Notes under the pieces: generated by a model
Told to the model about the DNA's origin: nothing
The model's database searches: none
The model's input: the letters and a program-made list of their open reading frames with translations, nothing else
Virus record (IMG/VR): IMGVR_UViG_3300010370_000029
Location: 1-64,000 of that record
Origin: a virus
Length of the DNA: 64,000 nucleotides
Direction: 5' to 3' (one strand)
Shown: positions 30,526 to 40,082 of the stretch, in pieces
Position numbering within the stretch: the first letter of the stretch is position 1
Layout: the number at the start of each line of letters is the position of its first letter
Translations under genes and position numbers: made by a program

Positions 30526-30915
30526 ATGATAATTGATTTAACGCCAGAAACCTTCTTTCAGCACATAAAGAAAGAAGGACCGCTTCACGTGGTAATGCAT
30601 TATGGAGCAACGTGTAATCCATGCAAAGTTACCATGCCTCAATATGAATTATTGGCGAATCATTTTGATGAACACAATATTACTAATGTGAAGTTTTATA
30701 GATTTCATCAATGGGAGCAGGAGTATAGACCCTTTATTGATGAACATAATCTAAATACAAAAGGTGTTCCAACTTTTAGATATTTTTATTATGGTGATAT
30801 CTTGGATGAAGAAACGCGAGTATATCACGATGCAAATCATATTAAAGAAAAAATAGTAGAAGTAGTAAAAGGAATTGAAGATACAATGGGAGGTTTTAAT
30901 TTACATGAAAGTTAA
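30526..30915 (+). CDS. Thioredoxin-like protein
   Basis: TCNPC and GVPTF cis-Pro motif. Confidence 0.75.
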   Translation: MIIDLTPETFFQHIKKEGPLHVVMHYGATCNPCKVTMPQYELLANHFDEHNITNVKFYRFHQWEQEYRPFIDEHNLNTKGVPTFRYFYYGDILDEETRVYHDANHIKEKIVEVVKGIEDTMGGFNLHES

Positions 30916-31351
30916 ACGATTATCACAAAATGCAACACCGCCACAAAAAGCACACGCTGGAGATTTAGGATATGATTTATTTGCCAGTGAAGGCGCTGCA
31001 ATTTTTCCAAGTGAAACGAAAGTGGTTAAAACAGGAATCGCTATTCAGTTTCCAGCAGGATATGGTGGGATTATCAAGGACCGCTCCTCTGTGGCTACGA
31101 AGAAAGGATTGTTTACTGTGGCTGGGGTTATTGATAATGGGTATATTGGTGAAATTTGCATAGCTCTTCACAACGGAACCGATAGCTTAGTTCATATAGC
31201 GCCTGGTGAAAAGATTGCACAACTTGTTCTTATTCCTACGGTAAGTTTTGATATAGAAGAAGTAGACGAGTTAGTATCGGCAGACCAACGTGGTGTTGGT
31301 GGGTTTGGGTCTACGGGTACCACGGCAGTCCCGCATGATTTATACAAGTGA
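30905..31351 (+). CDS. dut: dUTPase (trimeric)
   Basis: GYDL, DRSS, AGVIDNGYIGE, KIAQL, RGVGGFGSTG; GGAGG RBS. Confidence 0.95.
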   Translation: MKVKRLSQNATPPQKAHAGDLGYDLFASEGAAIFPSETKVVKTGIAIQFPAGYGGIIKDRSSVATKKGLFTVAGVIDNGYIGEICIALHNGTDSLVHIAPGEKIAQLVLIPTVSFDIEEVDELVSADQRGVGGFGSTGTTAVPHDLYK

Positions 31352-31401
31352 GTAGACACTACTTATAGGAAACCCCCAACCGAGATGTCGCATGAGAGTT
31401 T

Positions 31402-31782
31402 ATGTCACGGCGTAAGAATGGTAAGAAGGTTTCCAAGGTCAATACCATAGAAACAAAGGTTGCGACAATATTAGAATCAATGAACGTCCCGTTCGAACAA
31501 CAAGTATCGATTGATAGATATACAGTAGATTTTCTCGTAGACAAGAAGTATATTGTGGAGTGTTATGGTGACTTTTGGCACTGTAATCCCCATCAATATA
31601 CTTCTTCGTATTTTAATAGAGGTAAAAAGAAAACCGCAGAAGAAATCTGGGAACGTGATAATCAACGGAAAGAACACTTCCAAAAATTGGGATATAAATT
31701 CCTTTGTTTGTGGGAAAGTGACATTCGTAACAACCCAAAGATTGTGCGGTCTAAAATAAAACGTAATATTAAGCTGGATTGA
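31402..31782 (+). CDS. Vsr/DUF559-like endonuclease
   Basis: YTVDF, ECYGDFWH, ERD..RK....GY..L.LWE. Confidence 0.8.
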   Translation: MSRRKNGKKVSKVNTIETKVATILESMNVPFEQQVSIDRYTVDFLVDKKYIVECYGDFWHCNPHQYTSSYFNRGKKKTAEEIWERDNQRKEHFQKLGYKFLCLWESDIRNNPKIVRSKIKRNIKLD

Positions 31783-31807
31783 CAAACGGATGTGAAGCCG
31801 TTATACT
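31779..31807 (+). promoter_or_regulatory. sigma70-type promoter of the family B polymerase gene
   Basis: TTGACA-17-TATACT. Confidence 0.8.
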
Positions 31808-31829
31808 TAAAGGATAACGGAGGTTATTT

Positions 31830-34355
31830 ATGTATCAGGCAATTTACATTGAACGTGGTGAAGGATTTGGCAACGATACCGTGCATTTATGGGATGACGA
31901 GCTAGGGTATCAGACCATTCCTTATAATAAATTTGATTATGCGTATAAGCCCGACCGCAATGGGCAATTCATCAGCATGACTGGTGTGCGGTTGGCAAAG
32001 GTCAAGCGCTATAAGCGAGATGACCCATCATTATTTGAGAGCGACCTTCCCCAAGAGACTCGCGTGCTCACCGATTTATATCTGAACGAGGATAACGTTT
32101 CCCAAGGGCATAAGACGATGTTTTTCGACATCGAAGTGTCTATGGAAAATGGCGTGCCAAATATTGAGAATCCGAACAATGAAATTACGTCCATTGCGGT
32201 ATATGACTCGGTGACGCAGGAATATACGGTATTGGTACTGGACAAGGCGGGAGTTCAACCAAGTCGTGAGTATGATAATGTTAAGGTCGTAATGTATACA
32301 TCGGAATTGGACTTGCTCTATGGATTTTTGGACCTGTATGAGCAGATTGGACCGACGATTGTTACTGGATGGAATAGTGACTTTTTCGACATCCCATATC
32401 TCTATCATCGTATCAAGCAGCAGTGTGGACCAAATACCGCCGGTCGGTTGAGTCCGATTGGAAAGATTAAGTATTCCAAGTTCCGTAGTCGGTACCAGAT
32501 TGCGGGCGTATCTTCTCTAGACTATTTGACATTATATAAGAAGTTCACCTACACTCAACAGCCGAATTATCGTTTAGATACGATTGGTCGGTTGGAGGTG
32601 GGCATGGGAAAGGTCGAATATCAAGGGTCGCTCGATGAATTGTTCCGTAATGATTTGGAGAAGTTCATTGAGTACAATCTTCAAGACGTACGCATCATCG
32701 TAGAGATGGACAAGAAGCTCAAGCTGATTGAGCTCGTTCGTGGTATTTGTCATTTGGGTCACGTTTCATATGAAGATTATTGGTTTAGTTCGAAGTTCTT
32801 GGAAGGCACGATTGTAACCTATCTTCATAGAAAGGGCATCATTGTAACAAACCGACCCGCTGGTGGTCGTGAGATGATGGATAACAAGGTAGAAAATGAT
32901 GAAGAAGGATTCGCTGGTGCGTTTGTGAAGGAACCGAATCCCGGTCTATATGAATGGGTCTATTCCCTCGACTTACAATCGCTGTATCCATCTATCATTA
33001 TGAGTCTCAATATCAGCCCCGAAACCAAGATTGGATTTGTGACCAATTGGAATGTGGACAAGCATGCGGCTGGTGATATGCAGGAATATTTGATTCGTGG
33101 TACAACTGATGAGGAAGTGGTACGGTTGAGCCGTGAAGCGTTCTTGAAATATATGAAGATGGAAAGTCTGATGATTAGTTCCAACGGCGTTCTATATAAT
33201 GGAGGTGCGGTGGGGATTATTCCCGAAGTACTCGACAAGTGGTTCGCAGAACGCGTGGAATATAAGAATCTGATGAAGAAATATAAGAATGAGGGTAATA
33301 CCGAATTGGCTGAGTTCTACGACCGCCGACAGCACATTCAAAAGATTTTCTTGAATTCATTGTATGGTGTTCTTGGGCTGCCCATCTTCCGTTTCTTTGA
33401 TATTGACAATGCACTTGCCGTCACCGCGTCTGGTCAAGATGTGATTAAGAAGTCTGCGGCGTTTGCCAATGACTTGTATTGTTCAAAGCTGGAAGAGCAG
33501 AAAGATTATTGTACGTATATCGATACAGATTCGTTGTACTTCTCAGCAACTCCATTAATGCCAGAAACAGCATCACAGAAAGAATTTACTATCAAGTTGG
33601 CTCGTGCGATGGAGAAGAAGCTGAACGAGTATTATAACGAAATGGCTGAACAGCTGTTCTTCTGTAAGAATCATCGGTTGTATATCAAGGGTGAATCCGT
33701 TGCTCAGACCGCTATCTGGATTGCGAAGAAGCGGTATGCGATGAACGTGGTTTATGATTTGGAATCCAATCTTGAAGTGGCAAACAAGATGAAGGTCAAG
33801 GGATTGGATGTGGTTCGTTCATCGTTCCCGCCGGCGTTCCGTGACTTTATGAATAAGATGATGAAGGACATCTTGAATAAGGCAACGAAGGAAGAGATTG
33901 ACCAAAAGGTACTGACGTTCCGTGATTCGATGGATAGTATGTCGTATCTGGAAGTCGCCAGAAACACGGCGGTCAAGAATATCTCTGAATATGATTTACG
34001 GACGGGGAAGCTAAACGATTTCCGTAAGGGAACTCCCGCCCACGTAAAGGCAGCAATCACCTATAATTCTTTGTTGAAGCATTTCAAGATTCAAAATAAA
34101 TATGAAGCTATTTCGGATGGGGAAAAAGTGAAATGGTTATATCTGAAACAGAATCCGTGGAATCTCGAAGCGGTCGCTGTCAAGGGATATAATGACCCTC
34201 AGGAAATCGTTGAGATAGTAAATACTTATATTGATTATAATGCATTATTTGAGAACGAATTGCAGAAGAAATTAGAAGATTTTTATTCGGCATTGAAATG
34301 GGGTAATATACCCACCGAAGTTAATCAGAATGCTCAGGAATGGTTTAGTTTTTGA
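31830..34355 (+). CDS. polB: Family B DNA polymerase
   Basis: FDIEV, GWNSDFFDIPY, YNLQD exonuclease motifs; DLQSLYPSII, KIFLNSLYG, YIDTDS, KKRY. Confidence 0.96.
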   Translation: MYQAIYIERGEGFGNDTVHLWDDELGYQTIPYNKFDYAYKPDRNGQFISMTGVRLAKVKRYKRDDPSLFESDLPQETRVLTDLYLNEDNVSQGHKTMFFDIEVSMENGVPNIENPNNEITSIAVYDSVTQEYTVLVLDKAGVQPSREYDNVKVVMYTSELDLLYGFLDLYEQIGPTIVTGWNSDFFDIPYLYHRIKQQCGPNTAGRLSPIGKIKYSKFRSRYQIAGVSSLDYLTLYKKFTYTQQPNYRLDTIGRLEVGMGKVEYQGSLDELFRNDLEKFIEYNLQDVRIIVEMDKKLKLIELVRGICHLGHVSYEDYWFSSKFLEGTIVTYLHRKGIIVTNRPAGGREMMDNKVENDEEGFAGAFVKEPNPGLYEWVYSLDLQSLYPSIIMSLNISPETKIGFVTNWNVDKHAAGDMQEYLIRGTTDEEVVRLSREAFLKYMKMESLMISSNGVLYNGGAVGIIPEVLDKWFAERVEYKNLMKKYKNEGNTELAEFYDRRQHIQKIFLNSLYGVLGLPIFRFFDIDNALAVTASGQDVIKKSAAFANDLYCSKLEEQKDYCTYIDTDSLYFSATPLMPETASQKEFTIKLARAMEKKLNEYYNEMAEQLFFCKNHRLYIKGESVAQTAIWIAKKRYAMNVVYDLESNLEVANKMKVKGLDVVRSSFPPAFRDFMNKMMKDILNKATKEEIDQKVLTFRDSMDSMSYLEVARNTAVKNISEYDLRTGKLNDFRKGTPAHVKAAITYNSLLKHFKIQNKYEAISDGEKVKWLYLKQNPWNLEAVAVKGYNDPQEIVEIVNTYIDYNALFENELQKKLEDFYSALKWGNIPTEVNQNAQEWFSF

Positions 34356-34420
34356 TATTTATTTATTCACCCCTAGCGTCGAGCCACCCACAGACGGGGC
34401 TCGGTTATAGAGACTCTCTT

Positions 34421-37400
34421 ATGAGAAAAATGTTGGAAATTCTTTTAGCAACTGCGATGTTGTCTACCTCCGCTTATGCGCAAATCACCAGCGGAATCCT
34501 TCGTGGTACGGTTAAAGATTTTACAGGTAGTACAATTGAAAATGCAAATGTTACTGTGGTCTTTGTTCCAACCAATCAACGAATTGTTACGAAAACGACA
34601 ACAGAAGGTCGGTTCACATTATCCAACTTAAAACCAGGTGGTCCATATACTGTATCGGTGACCGCATTGGGGTTCCGTCCAAAGTTTACGGATAATCTCA
34701 CAGTTCGTTTGGGTGAAGCAACAAGCACAGATATTGAAATGGAAAAAATTGTTGTAGTATTAAATCAAGTATCGGTTATTGCAGACGTAGCAGCACAGGC
34801 ACGTAAAGATGGTGCGGTGGCACAACTCAATCAAGAGAAGTTGCAAGTGCTTCCCACCCTATCTCGTAGTCTCCAAGATATGACCCGTATGACCCCACAA
34901 GGTAACGGGGTTTCTTTTGCGGGTTCCAACTATCGGTATAACAACTTGACGATTGATGGAGCAGCATCGAATGATGCGTTCGGATTCAGTCAATCATCAG
35001 GTCAATCCACCGCATCAGTTCCAACGGGAACACCTGGTTCTCTTTCACGTTCACAACCTATTTCGCTTGACGCCATCGAACAAGTATCTGTGGTCATCGC
35101 ACCCTATGATGTGAAGATTGGTAATTTCACAGGTGGTAGCGTGAATGCAGTTACTCGTTCAGGTACCAACACCACCGAAGGTTCCATCTACTCATTCGGT
35201 CGTGTTCCACAATTTATCGGTGATGGTATCTCTGGTAAAATGCCAACCACCTTTAATGAATATCAAGCAGGTGGTCGTATCGGTGGTCCTATTATCAAGG
35301 ACAAGTTGTTCTACTTTTTGAATTTTGAAATTGCACGTAGAGCAGACCCTATCCTATTTGCACCTGGTAATCCAGGCGTGTTAGCCACGGAAGCAGTTGC
35401 ACAACAAGTTCGTGATAGTCTGGTGTCATTCGCAGCACGCTCTGGTGTTCCAAACTTTGATGCAGGAACCTTTGGGGCATATGATATTGAAGCAAATAGT
35501 GAAAAGTATTTCGGTCGTGTGGATTGGAATATTGGGAACTCTATCTTGACGGTTCGTAGTAATCTTGTCAATGCAGTCGCAGGAAACTTGGAACGTGGAC
35601 AAGCGCTCACCAAGTTAGCCTCACAAGACTTCGACCATTTCAGTAGAGCTACCAACACCGTTGCTGAATTGAAATCACAACTTGGAACAGGAGTATCTAA
35701 TAGTTTGTTGTTAGGATATTCACTTGTTCGTGACCACAGAAATCCATATGGTAATGTGTTCGCACCACAAATTGAAATCCAAGATATTCAGTTTGGTCAA
35801 ATCAATGCAGGTAGTGACCGTGAAGGGGTGGTGTATGGCACCAAAGTTCGCACCTATGAAGTGACTAACAATCTCACATGGTCTGTGGGGAAGCATACCC
35901 TTACCGCTGGTACTCACAATGAGTTCTACAATATTCAATACACCTTCGTGAATGGATACGCCGGTCGTTGGCAATACGCAAATCTCGCATCGTTCTTCGC
36001 AAATCGTCCTAATCGTATCAGAGCAACATTTGATTTGACGGATAATAGTTTAGATTATGTATTGAACAACCCAGGAGCAAACTTTAATATCACCGTTCCA
36101 AGTGTGTATATCCAAGACGAAGTATCTGTCACCGACAACTTCAAGGTGACCGCAGGGGTTCGTGCAGACTGGAATATGATGGATACACCAGTTCAAGCAG
36201 ATGCGTTTACGAACATCACTCTCACGAACGGCACCAAACCATATAGTACCATCACCAACGATTATAGTAGAAGTTTGTTGATTGGTCCTCGTTTCGGATT
36301 CAACTGGCAAACAGACAGAGTGACTTATCGTGGTGGGGTTGGATATTTTCAAGGAAGAATGCCGTTCGCATGGTATGCCTATCCATTCATCCACAACGGA
36401 TTGATTGTAGGAAACATTGATGCAAGACCAACCAATGTGGTTCCGTTGATTGTGGACCCACTTCGTCAAAGTTCATTGAGTAGCACCACGACATATGAAA
36501 TGAATGTGATCGGGAACAAGTATGTTCAACCACAGATGCGTAGAATGAACTTGGCAACAGACATCAAGTTACCATTTGATGCATTACTTGTACTGGATTG
36601 GACATTCACCAAGACATTAAACGACATCGTATTCACGAACATCGGATTACCCGCACCCGCAGGTAATCTCGCAGGTGGTGACCGCAGACCAGTCTACACC
36701 TCAACCAGATTAACAACCACTACAACTAATCCATACACATCAGTATTCGCACTCAATAATACTGATAAGGGTTACAGATACAACGTCACAGCAAATCTCA
36801 GTAAGAAGTGGGACCACCTTGATGTGATGGCAGCATATAGTTATGGGGAAGCAAAGGATTTGGCAAACGGTCAACGCAACTCGTTCCAATCACACGTGGA
36901 ATACAATCAATTGGTGAAGGGTAACCAATATGACCTCACGTGGTCTAACTTTGATATTCGTCATCGTTTCGTGGTGAATGGTAGTTGGAACTGGAAGAAC
37001 ACCACCGTATCAGCAGTCTATACAGGTTCATCAGGTTCACCATTCTCCTATGTGTATTCTGGTGATTTAAATGGTGACGGGTCAAGTCATAATGATTTGT
37101 TGTATGTTCCACGCAATATTGATGAAATCAAGTTGGTTCCATCTGCTCGTCCTACGGGTCAAGTAGATACCAGAACAGCACAACAAATCTGGGAAGATTT
37201 AGATAGATTCATCAGTAATGACCCATATCTGTCCTCACATCGTGGTGAATACACCAAGAGAAACGGTGCAAGAACTCCGTGGAATCACCGAGCAGATGTT
37301 CGTATCATCCAATCAGTCAAGAATGTAGATATTACATTTGACATCACTAACTTCGGTAATCTGTTGAACAAGGATTGGGGTAAGTATTATTTCGTTCCAA

Positions 37401-37558
37401 ATCTTAATAATCAAAATGTCTATCCACTCCAATATCGTTCAGGTCGTGGTGTGAATAGCGTTCCAACATTTAGTTTCGACCCACTAAATACCACTTATCA
37501 GACAGATGATTTAATGTCTCGTTGGCAGATGCAAGTGGGGATTCGAGTTAACTTCTAA
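34421..37558 (+). CDS. Oar-like TonB-dependent outer-membrane transporter with N-terminal carboxypeptidase-regulatory-like domain
   Basis: Signal peptide MRKMLEILLATAMLSTSAYA/Q; GTVKD..G..I..A.V, LKPGGPYTV; plug NNLTIDG..ND.FG, PISLDAIEQ...APYDV..GNFTGG.VNAVTRSGTN; barrel ends QVGIRVNF. Confidence 0.92.
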   Translation: MRKMLEILLATAMLSTSAYAQITSGILRGTVKDFTGSTIENANVTVVFVPTNQRIVTKTTTEGRFTLSNLKPGGPYTVSVTALGFRPKFTDNLTVRLGEATSTDIEMEKIVVVLNQVSVIADVAAQARKDGAVAQLNQEKLQVLPTLSRSLQDMTRMTPQGNGVSFAGSNYRYNNLTIDGAASNDAFGFSQSSGQSTASVPTGTPGSLSRSQPISLDAIEQVSVVIAPYDVKIGNFTGGSVNAVTRSGTNTTEGSIYSFGRVPQFIGDGISGKMPTTFNEYQAGGRIGGPIIKDKLFYFLNFEIARRADPILFAPGNPGVLATEAVAQQVRDSLVSFAARSGVPNFDAGTFGAYDIEANSEKYFGRVDWNIGNSILTVRSNLVNAVAGNLERGQALTKLASQDFDHFSRATNTVAELKSQLGTGVSNSLLLGYSLVRDHRNPYGNVFAPQIEIQDIQFGQINAGSDREGVVYGTKVRTYEVTNNLTWSVGKHTLTAGTHNEFYNIQYTFVNGYAGRWQYANLASFFANRPNRIRATFDLTDNSLDYVLNNPGANFNITVPSVYIQDEVSVTDNFKVTAGVRADWNMMDTPVQADAFTNITLTNGTKPYSTITNDYSRSLLIGPRFGFNWQTDRVTYRGGVGYFQGRMPFAWYAYPFIHNGLIVGNIDARPTNVVPLIVDPLRQSSLSSTTTYEMNVIGNKYVQPQMRRMNLATDIKLPFDALLVLDWTFTKTLNDIVFTNIGLPAPAGNLAGGDRRPVYTSTRLTTTTTNPYTSVFALNNTDKGYRYNVTANLSKKWDHLDVMAAYSYGEAKDLANGQRNSFQSHVEYNQLVKGNQYDLTWSNFDIRHRFVVNGSWNWKNTTVSAVYTGSSGSPFSYVYSGDLNGDGSSHNDLLYVPRNIDEIKLVPSARPTGQVDTRTAQQIWEDLDRFISNDPYLSSHRGEYTKRNGARTPWNHRADVRIIQSVKNVDITFDITNFGNLLNKDWGKYYFVPNLNNQNVYPLQYRSGRGVNSVPTFSFDPLNTTYQTDDLMSRWQMQVGIRVNF

Positions 37559-37581
37559 TTAATATGTTATAATAGAAAGGC

Positions 37582-37610
37582 TTGACAGAACAGGGGGTGT
37601 ATGATATATT
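37582..37610 (+). promoter_or_regulatory. sigma70-type promoter overlapping a hairpin
   Basis: TTGACA-17-TATATT; the -10 box is the loop of AGGGGGTGTATGA/TCATACATCCCCT. Confidence 0.75.
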
Positions 37611-37626
37611 TCATACATCCCCTTTT
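37592..37626 (+). terminator. Rho-independent terminator-like hairpin after the TonB-dependent transporter gene
   Basis: 13-bp stem (one G-T pair) ending in TTTT. Confidence 0.65.
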
Positions 37627-37640
37627 CTATGGAGATTGAT

Positions 37641-37763
37641 ATGTTGTTCAAGATTGGTGTGGTTCTCGTTTGTGCGTTCGCAATCTTTGTTATCTTTAGT
37701 GCAATCTACGCTCACATCTCTTACGCTCTTCTAAAGATTGACGAGGAGAGGAATAACCTATGA
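37641..37763 (+). CDS. 40-aa single-pass membrane protein (not in ORF track)
   Basis: MLFKIGVVLVCAFAIFVIFSAIYAHISYALLKIDEERNNL; GGAG RBS. Confidence 0.6.
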   Translation: MLFKIGVVLVCAFAIFVIFSAIYAHISYALLKIDEERNNL

Positions 37764-37831
37764 ACTTTGGACTAAAGATTTTCCTCATCAGTGTTGTGGT
37801 CATGTACATTCTTGACAAGGTAATCAAATGA
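37760..37831 (+). CDS. 23-aa hydrophobic peptide (not in ORF track)
   Basis: MNFGLKIFLISVVVMYILDKVIK; ATGA overlaps at both ends; GAGGA RBS. Confidence 0.5.
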   Translation: MNFGLKIFLISVVVMYILDKVIK

Positions 37832-38934
37832 AAATCGTAAAGTCTAGTGATTGGCTTATTTCGGAAAACAAGGCTGGTGGTGAGAAGTTCTGGCGGTTGC
37901 ATATCCTCCAAGATAACAAAGAAGGAGGATTTTATACGCAGACGGAATGGTTTCAGATTAGTAAGACAGGCCGTGAAACCAAACGACAGTTCTCTTCACC
38001 CTATTATGCCGAACCCACGAATGTCGGTCGGTCAAACGAGCGTAACTCTGAGCAGCAGGCAGAGTTTGAGTTTGACGCCGTAATCAAGAAGCAGAAGGAC
38101 AAGGGATTCCGTGCGAAGGGTGAGCGAAAGAATGTTCGTCCGATGCCGATGCTTGCACATAAGTTTACGGACCACAAGAAGAAGGTAAATTTTCCTGCAT
38201 ACATTCAGCCCAAGTTGAATGGTATGCGTATGTTGTTTGACGGAGAGAACGGATGGAGCCGTGGAAATAAGGAAGTGATTCCCGAAGTCATTCAGCACTT
38301 GAAGTTTGACACAGGTGGGTTTATACTTGATGGTGAGTTGATGCTTCCGAACAATCAGCTCCTTCAAGAGAGTATGAAGGCAATCAAGAAGTATCGCCCA
38401 GAGTTGTCCTCACAACTTCTCTATCACGTTTATGATATCGTAGATGAGGAACTTCCGTATGTGAAGCGTCATCAGTTGATTCTGGACATTTGTGCGAATG
38501 CACCGAAGAATGTCAAGATTGTCAAGACTGTTCGGGCAGATGATGAATCACAGGTATCTCACCTTCATAATCTCTTTGTCCAAGACGGATACGAGGGAAC
38601 GATGATTCGTGATGAGGAAATGAAGTATGAGATTGGCAAGCGTTCGTATTCACTACTTAAACTAAAGGACTTTACAGATGCAGAGTATCGTATTGTTGAT
38701 GTTGTTGACGGCGACGGTAGTGATGTCGGCCTCGCCATTTTTGAATTGGAGACTGATTCTGGTGCACGTTTCAATTGCCGTCCAGAGGGTTCGCAGGAGA
38801 ATCGTGCAGACCTATTCAAGAATCGTCGTCAGTTGGTTGGCAAGTATCTGACGGTTAGGTACTTTGAGTTGAGTAAGGACGGTATTCCGATTTTCCCCGT
38901 GGGTGTATCTATTCGTGAGTGGGGTGAATTCTAA
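37828..38934 (+). CDS. ATP-dependent DNA ligase
   Basis: PMLAH, QPKLNGMR, LDGEL, YHVYD, EGTMIR, LLKLK, TVRYFELS.DGIP.FP. Confidence 0.92.
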   Translation: MKIVKSSDWLISENKAGGEKFWRLHILQDNKEGGFYTQTEWFQISKTGRETKRQFSSPYYAEPTNVGRSNERNSEQQAEFEFDAVIKKQKDKGFRAKGERKNVRPMPMLAHKFTDHKKKVNFPAYIQPKLNGMRMLFDGENGWSRGNKEVIPEVIQHLKFDTGGFILDGELMLPNNQLLQESMKAIKKYRPELSSQLLYHVYDIVDEELPYVKRHQLILDICANAPKNVKIVKTVRADDESQVSHLHNLFVQDGYEGTMIRDEEMKYEIGKRSYSLLKLKDFTDAEYRIVDVVDGDGSDVGLAIFELETDSGARFNCRPEGSQENRADLFKNRRQLVGKYLTVRYFELSKDGIPIFPVGVSIREWGEF

Positions 38935-39404
38935 TGAGCACGACTCCCAACTGGGATTGTAGGTGTGGGGCTATCCCGTGTTATACGCATCCACCGACAC
39001 AATATGCACAGCAAATCGTAAATGAAATCCAACATCGGTATGACCGTGCTCTTGATACGATAAGTCATTTGCGTGATATGAATAGTAGGGCAAACGATGG
39101 TATAGAAGAATTACACAAAAAAATATCACGCCTTACAAACCTGTCGGAACATCACGAATGGGTTGCTAAAAAATATAAGTTACAATACGAGAAGGTTGTT
39201 GCTGAGTTGGAGTTGGTCAAAGGTGCTATGAACGCAGATGACCAAAGATTGAGAGATGCAGAACGCAGAGTGTTCGGAGATATTACCTTTGGATGTGATG
39301 CCCCAGAACGGATGGCTGATGAGATAGAAGAATTACGGATACAATTAAACGTTGTGAGGAATTCTAATGAAACAGTTCAAGATATACAGACCAAATATGA
39401 GTGA
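38934..39404 (+). CDS. Hypothetical coiled-coil protein
   Basis: TAATG-coupled to the ligase. Confidence 0.55.
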   Translation: MSTTPNWDCRCGAIPCYTHPPTQYAQQIVNEIQHRYDRALDTISHLRDMNSRANDGIEELHKKISRLTNLSEHHEWVAKKYKLQYEKVVAELELVKGAMNADDQRLRDAERRVFGDITFGCDAPERMADEIEELRIQLNVVRNSNETVQDIQTKYE

Positions 39405-39534
39405 TTATAAAGTTGTAGAAGGAAACAGCATGACTGTAACCGAAGATGGTAAAACCAATATTTGGAAGGATGGTGTGATTGTCGCATCCATTCCAAATAA
39501 CATGCCAGTTATTATGGAGTCGGGGGAATCCTAA
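39397..39534 (+). CDS. 45-aa hypothetical protein (not in ORF track)
   Basis: MSDYKVVEG...MESGES; fills the gap and is TAATG-coupled to the next gene. Confidence 0.5.
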   Translation: MSDYKVVEGNSMTVTEDGKTNIWKDGVIVASIPNNMPVIMESGES

Positions 39535-39869
39535 TGCTTGACCAAAACGTTATCATAGAACGACTGAGGTTTTACGCCGACGCCTTCTACGGACTGCCGG
39601 GAAACCCGCAATTCTTGCGTCTCACCGAAGGTCAGGCCGAACTCCTTGCCGTTGATATTCGGAAGGTCTGTAACGAACTGGAACGGGTCACCTGCACGTT
39701 GTGTGGTGGAACTGGTAAGAAAATCGTGGGAGAACACGAAACATTACAGGGTGAGTGGGTTTCCGATTATGCTCCGTGTAATCACAAGCCACCGCTCGGG
39801 AATACCATCCGATTGATGAATAATGCAAAAGGTGACTTGGGAAGCGATATCCAAAACAATCCGAGGTGA
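39534..39869 (+). CDS. Hypothetical protein with CxxCxGxG motif
   Basis: CTLCGGTG. Confidence 0.55.
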   Translation: MLDQNVIIERLRFYADAFYGLPGNPQFLRLTEGQAELLAVDIRKVCNELERVTCTLCGGTGKKIVGEHETLQGEWVSDYAPCNHKPPLGNTIRLMNNAKGDLGSDIQNNPR

Positions 39870-39872
39870 CGT

Positions 39873-40082
39873 ATGAAACAGATTGACAAAGAAATGGCAT
39901 ATCATTACGCAAAAGAACTAGAAATGGATGCGATGTTTGATGGTACATCTAAGCAGAATCTTGCACGTGCCTATCTACAACTTCTGGAAGATTATCGTTA
40001 TAGTCACGAAAAGTTGACTGGACAAATTGCACGACTTCACGAACTCACACGACTTCAAGCGGCGAGGATATTGGATAAATGA
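39873..40082 (+). CDS. Hypothetical protein
   Basis: GAGGT RBS; LARAYLQL resembles LAASYIAL in the next ORF. Confidence 0.55.
   Translation: MKQIDKEMAYHYAKELEMDAMFDGTSKQNLARAYLQLLEDYRYSHEKLTGQIARLHELTRLQAARILDK

Noticed and set aside
24703-34355. Inteins or self-splicing introns in RecA, helicase, RNR or PolB
   Set aside because: The ORFs are uninterrupted and of normal length, with no intein terminal motifs seen.
34356-34420. Cobalamin riboswitch or BtuB identity linking the transporter to the class II RNR
   Set aside because: The leader is only about 65 nt with no B12 box, and the protein is the long Oar type, not BtuB-like.
34352-34420. ORF-track TTG start for the transporter
   Set aside because: The signal peptide begins at the ATG at 34421; the extension covers the promoter motif and leader hairpin.
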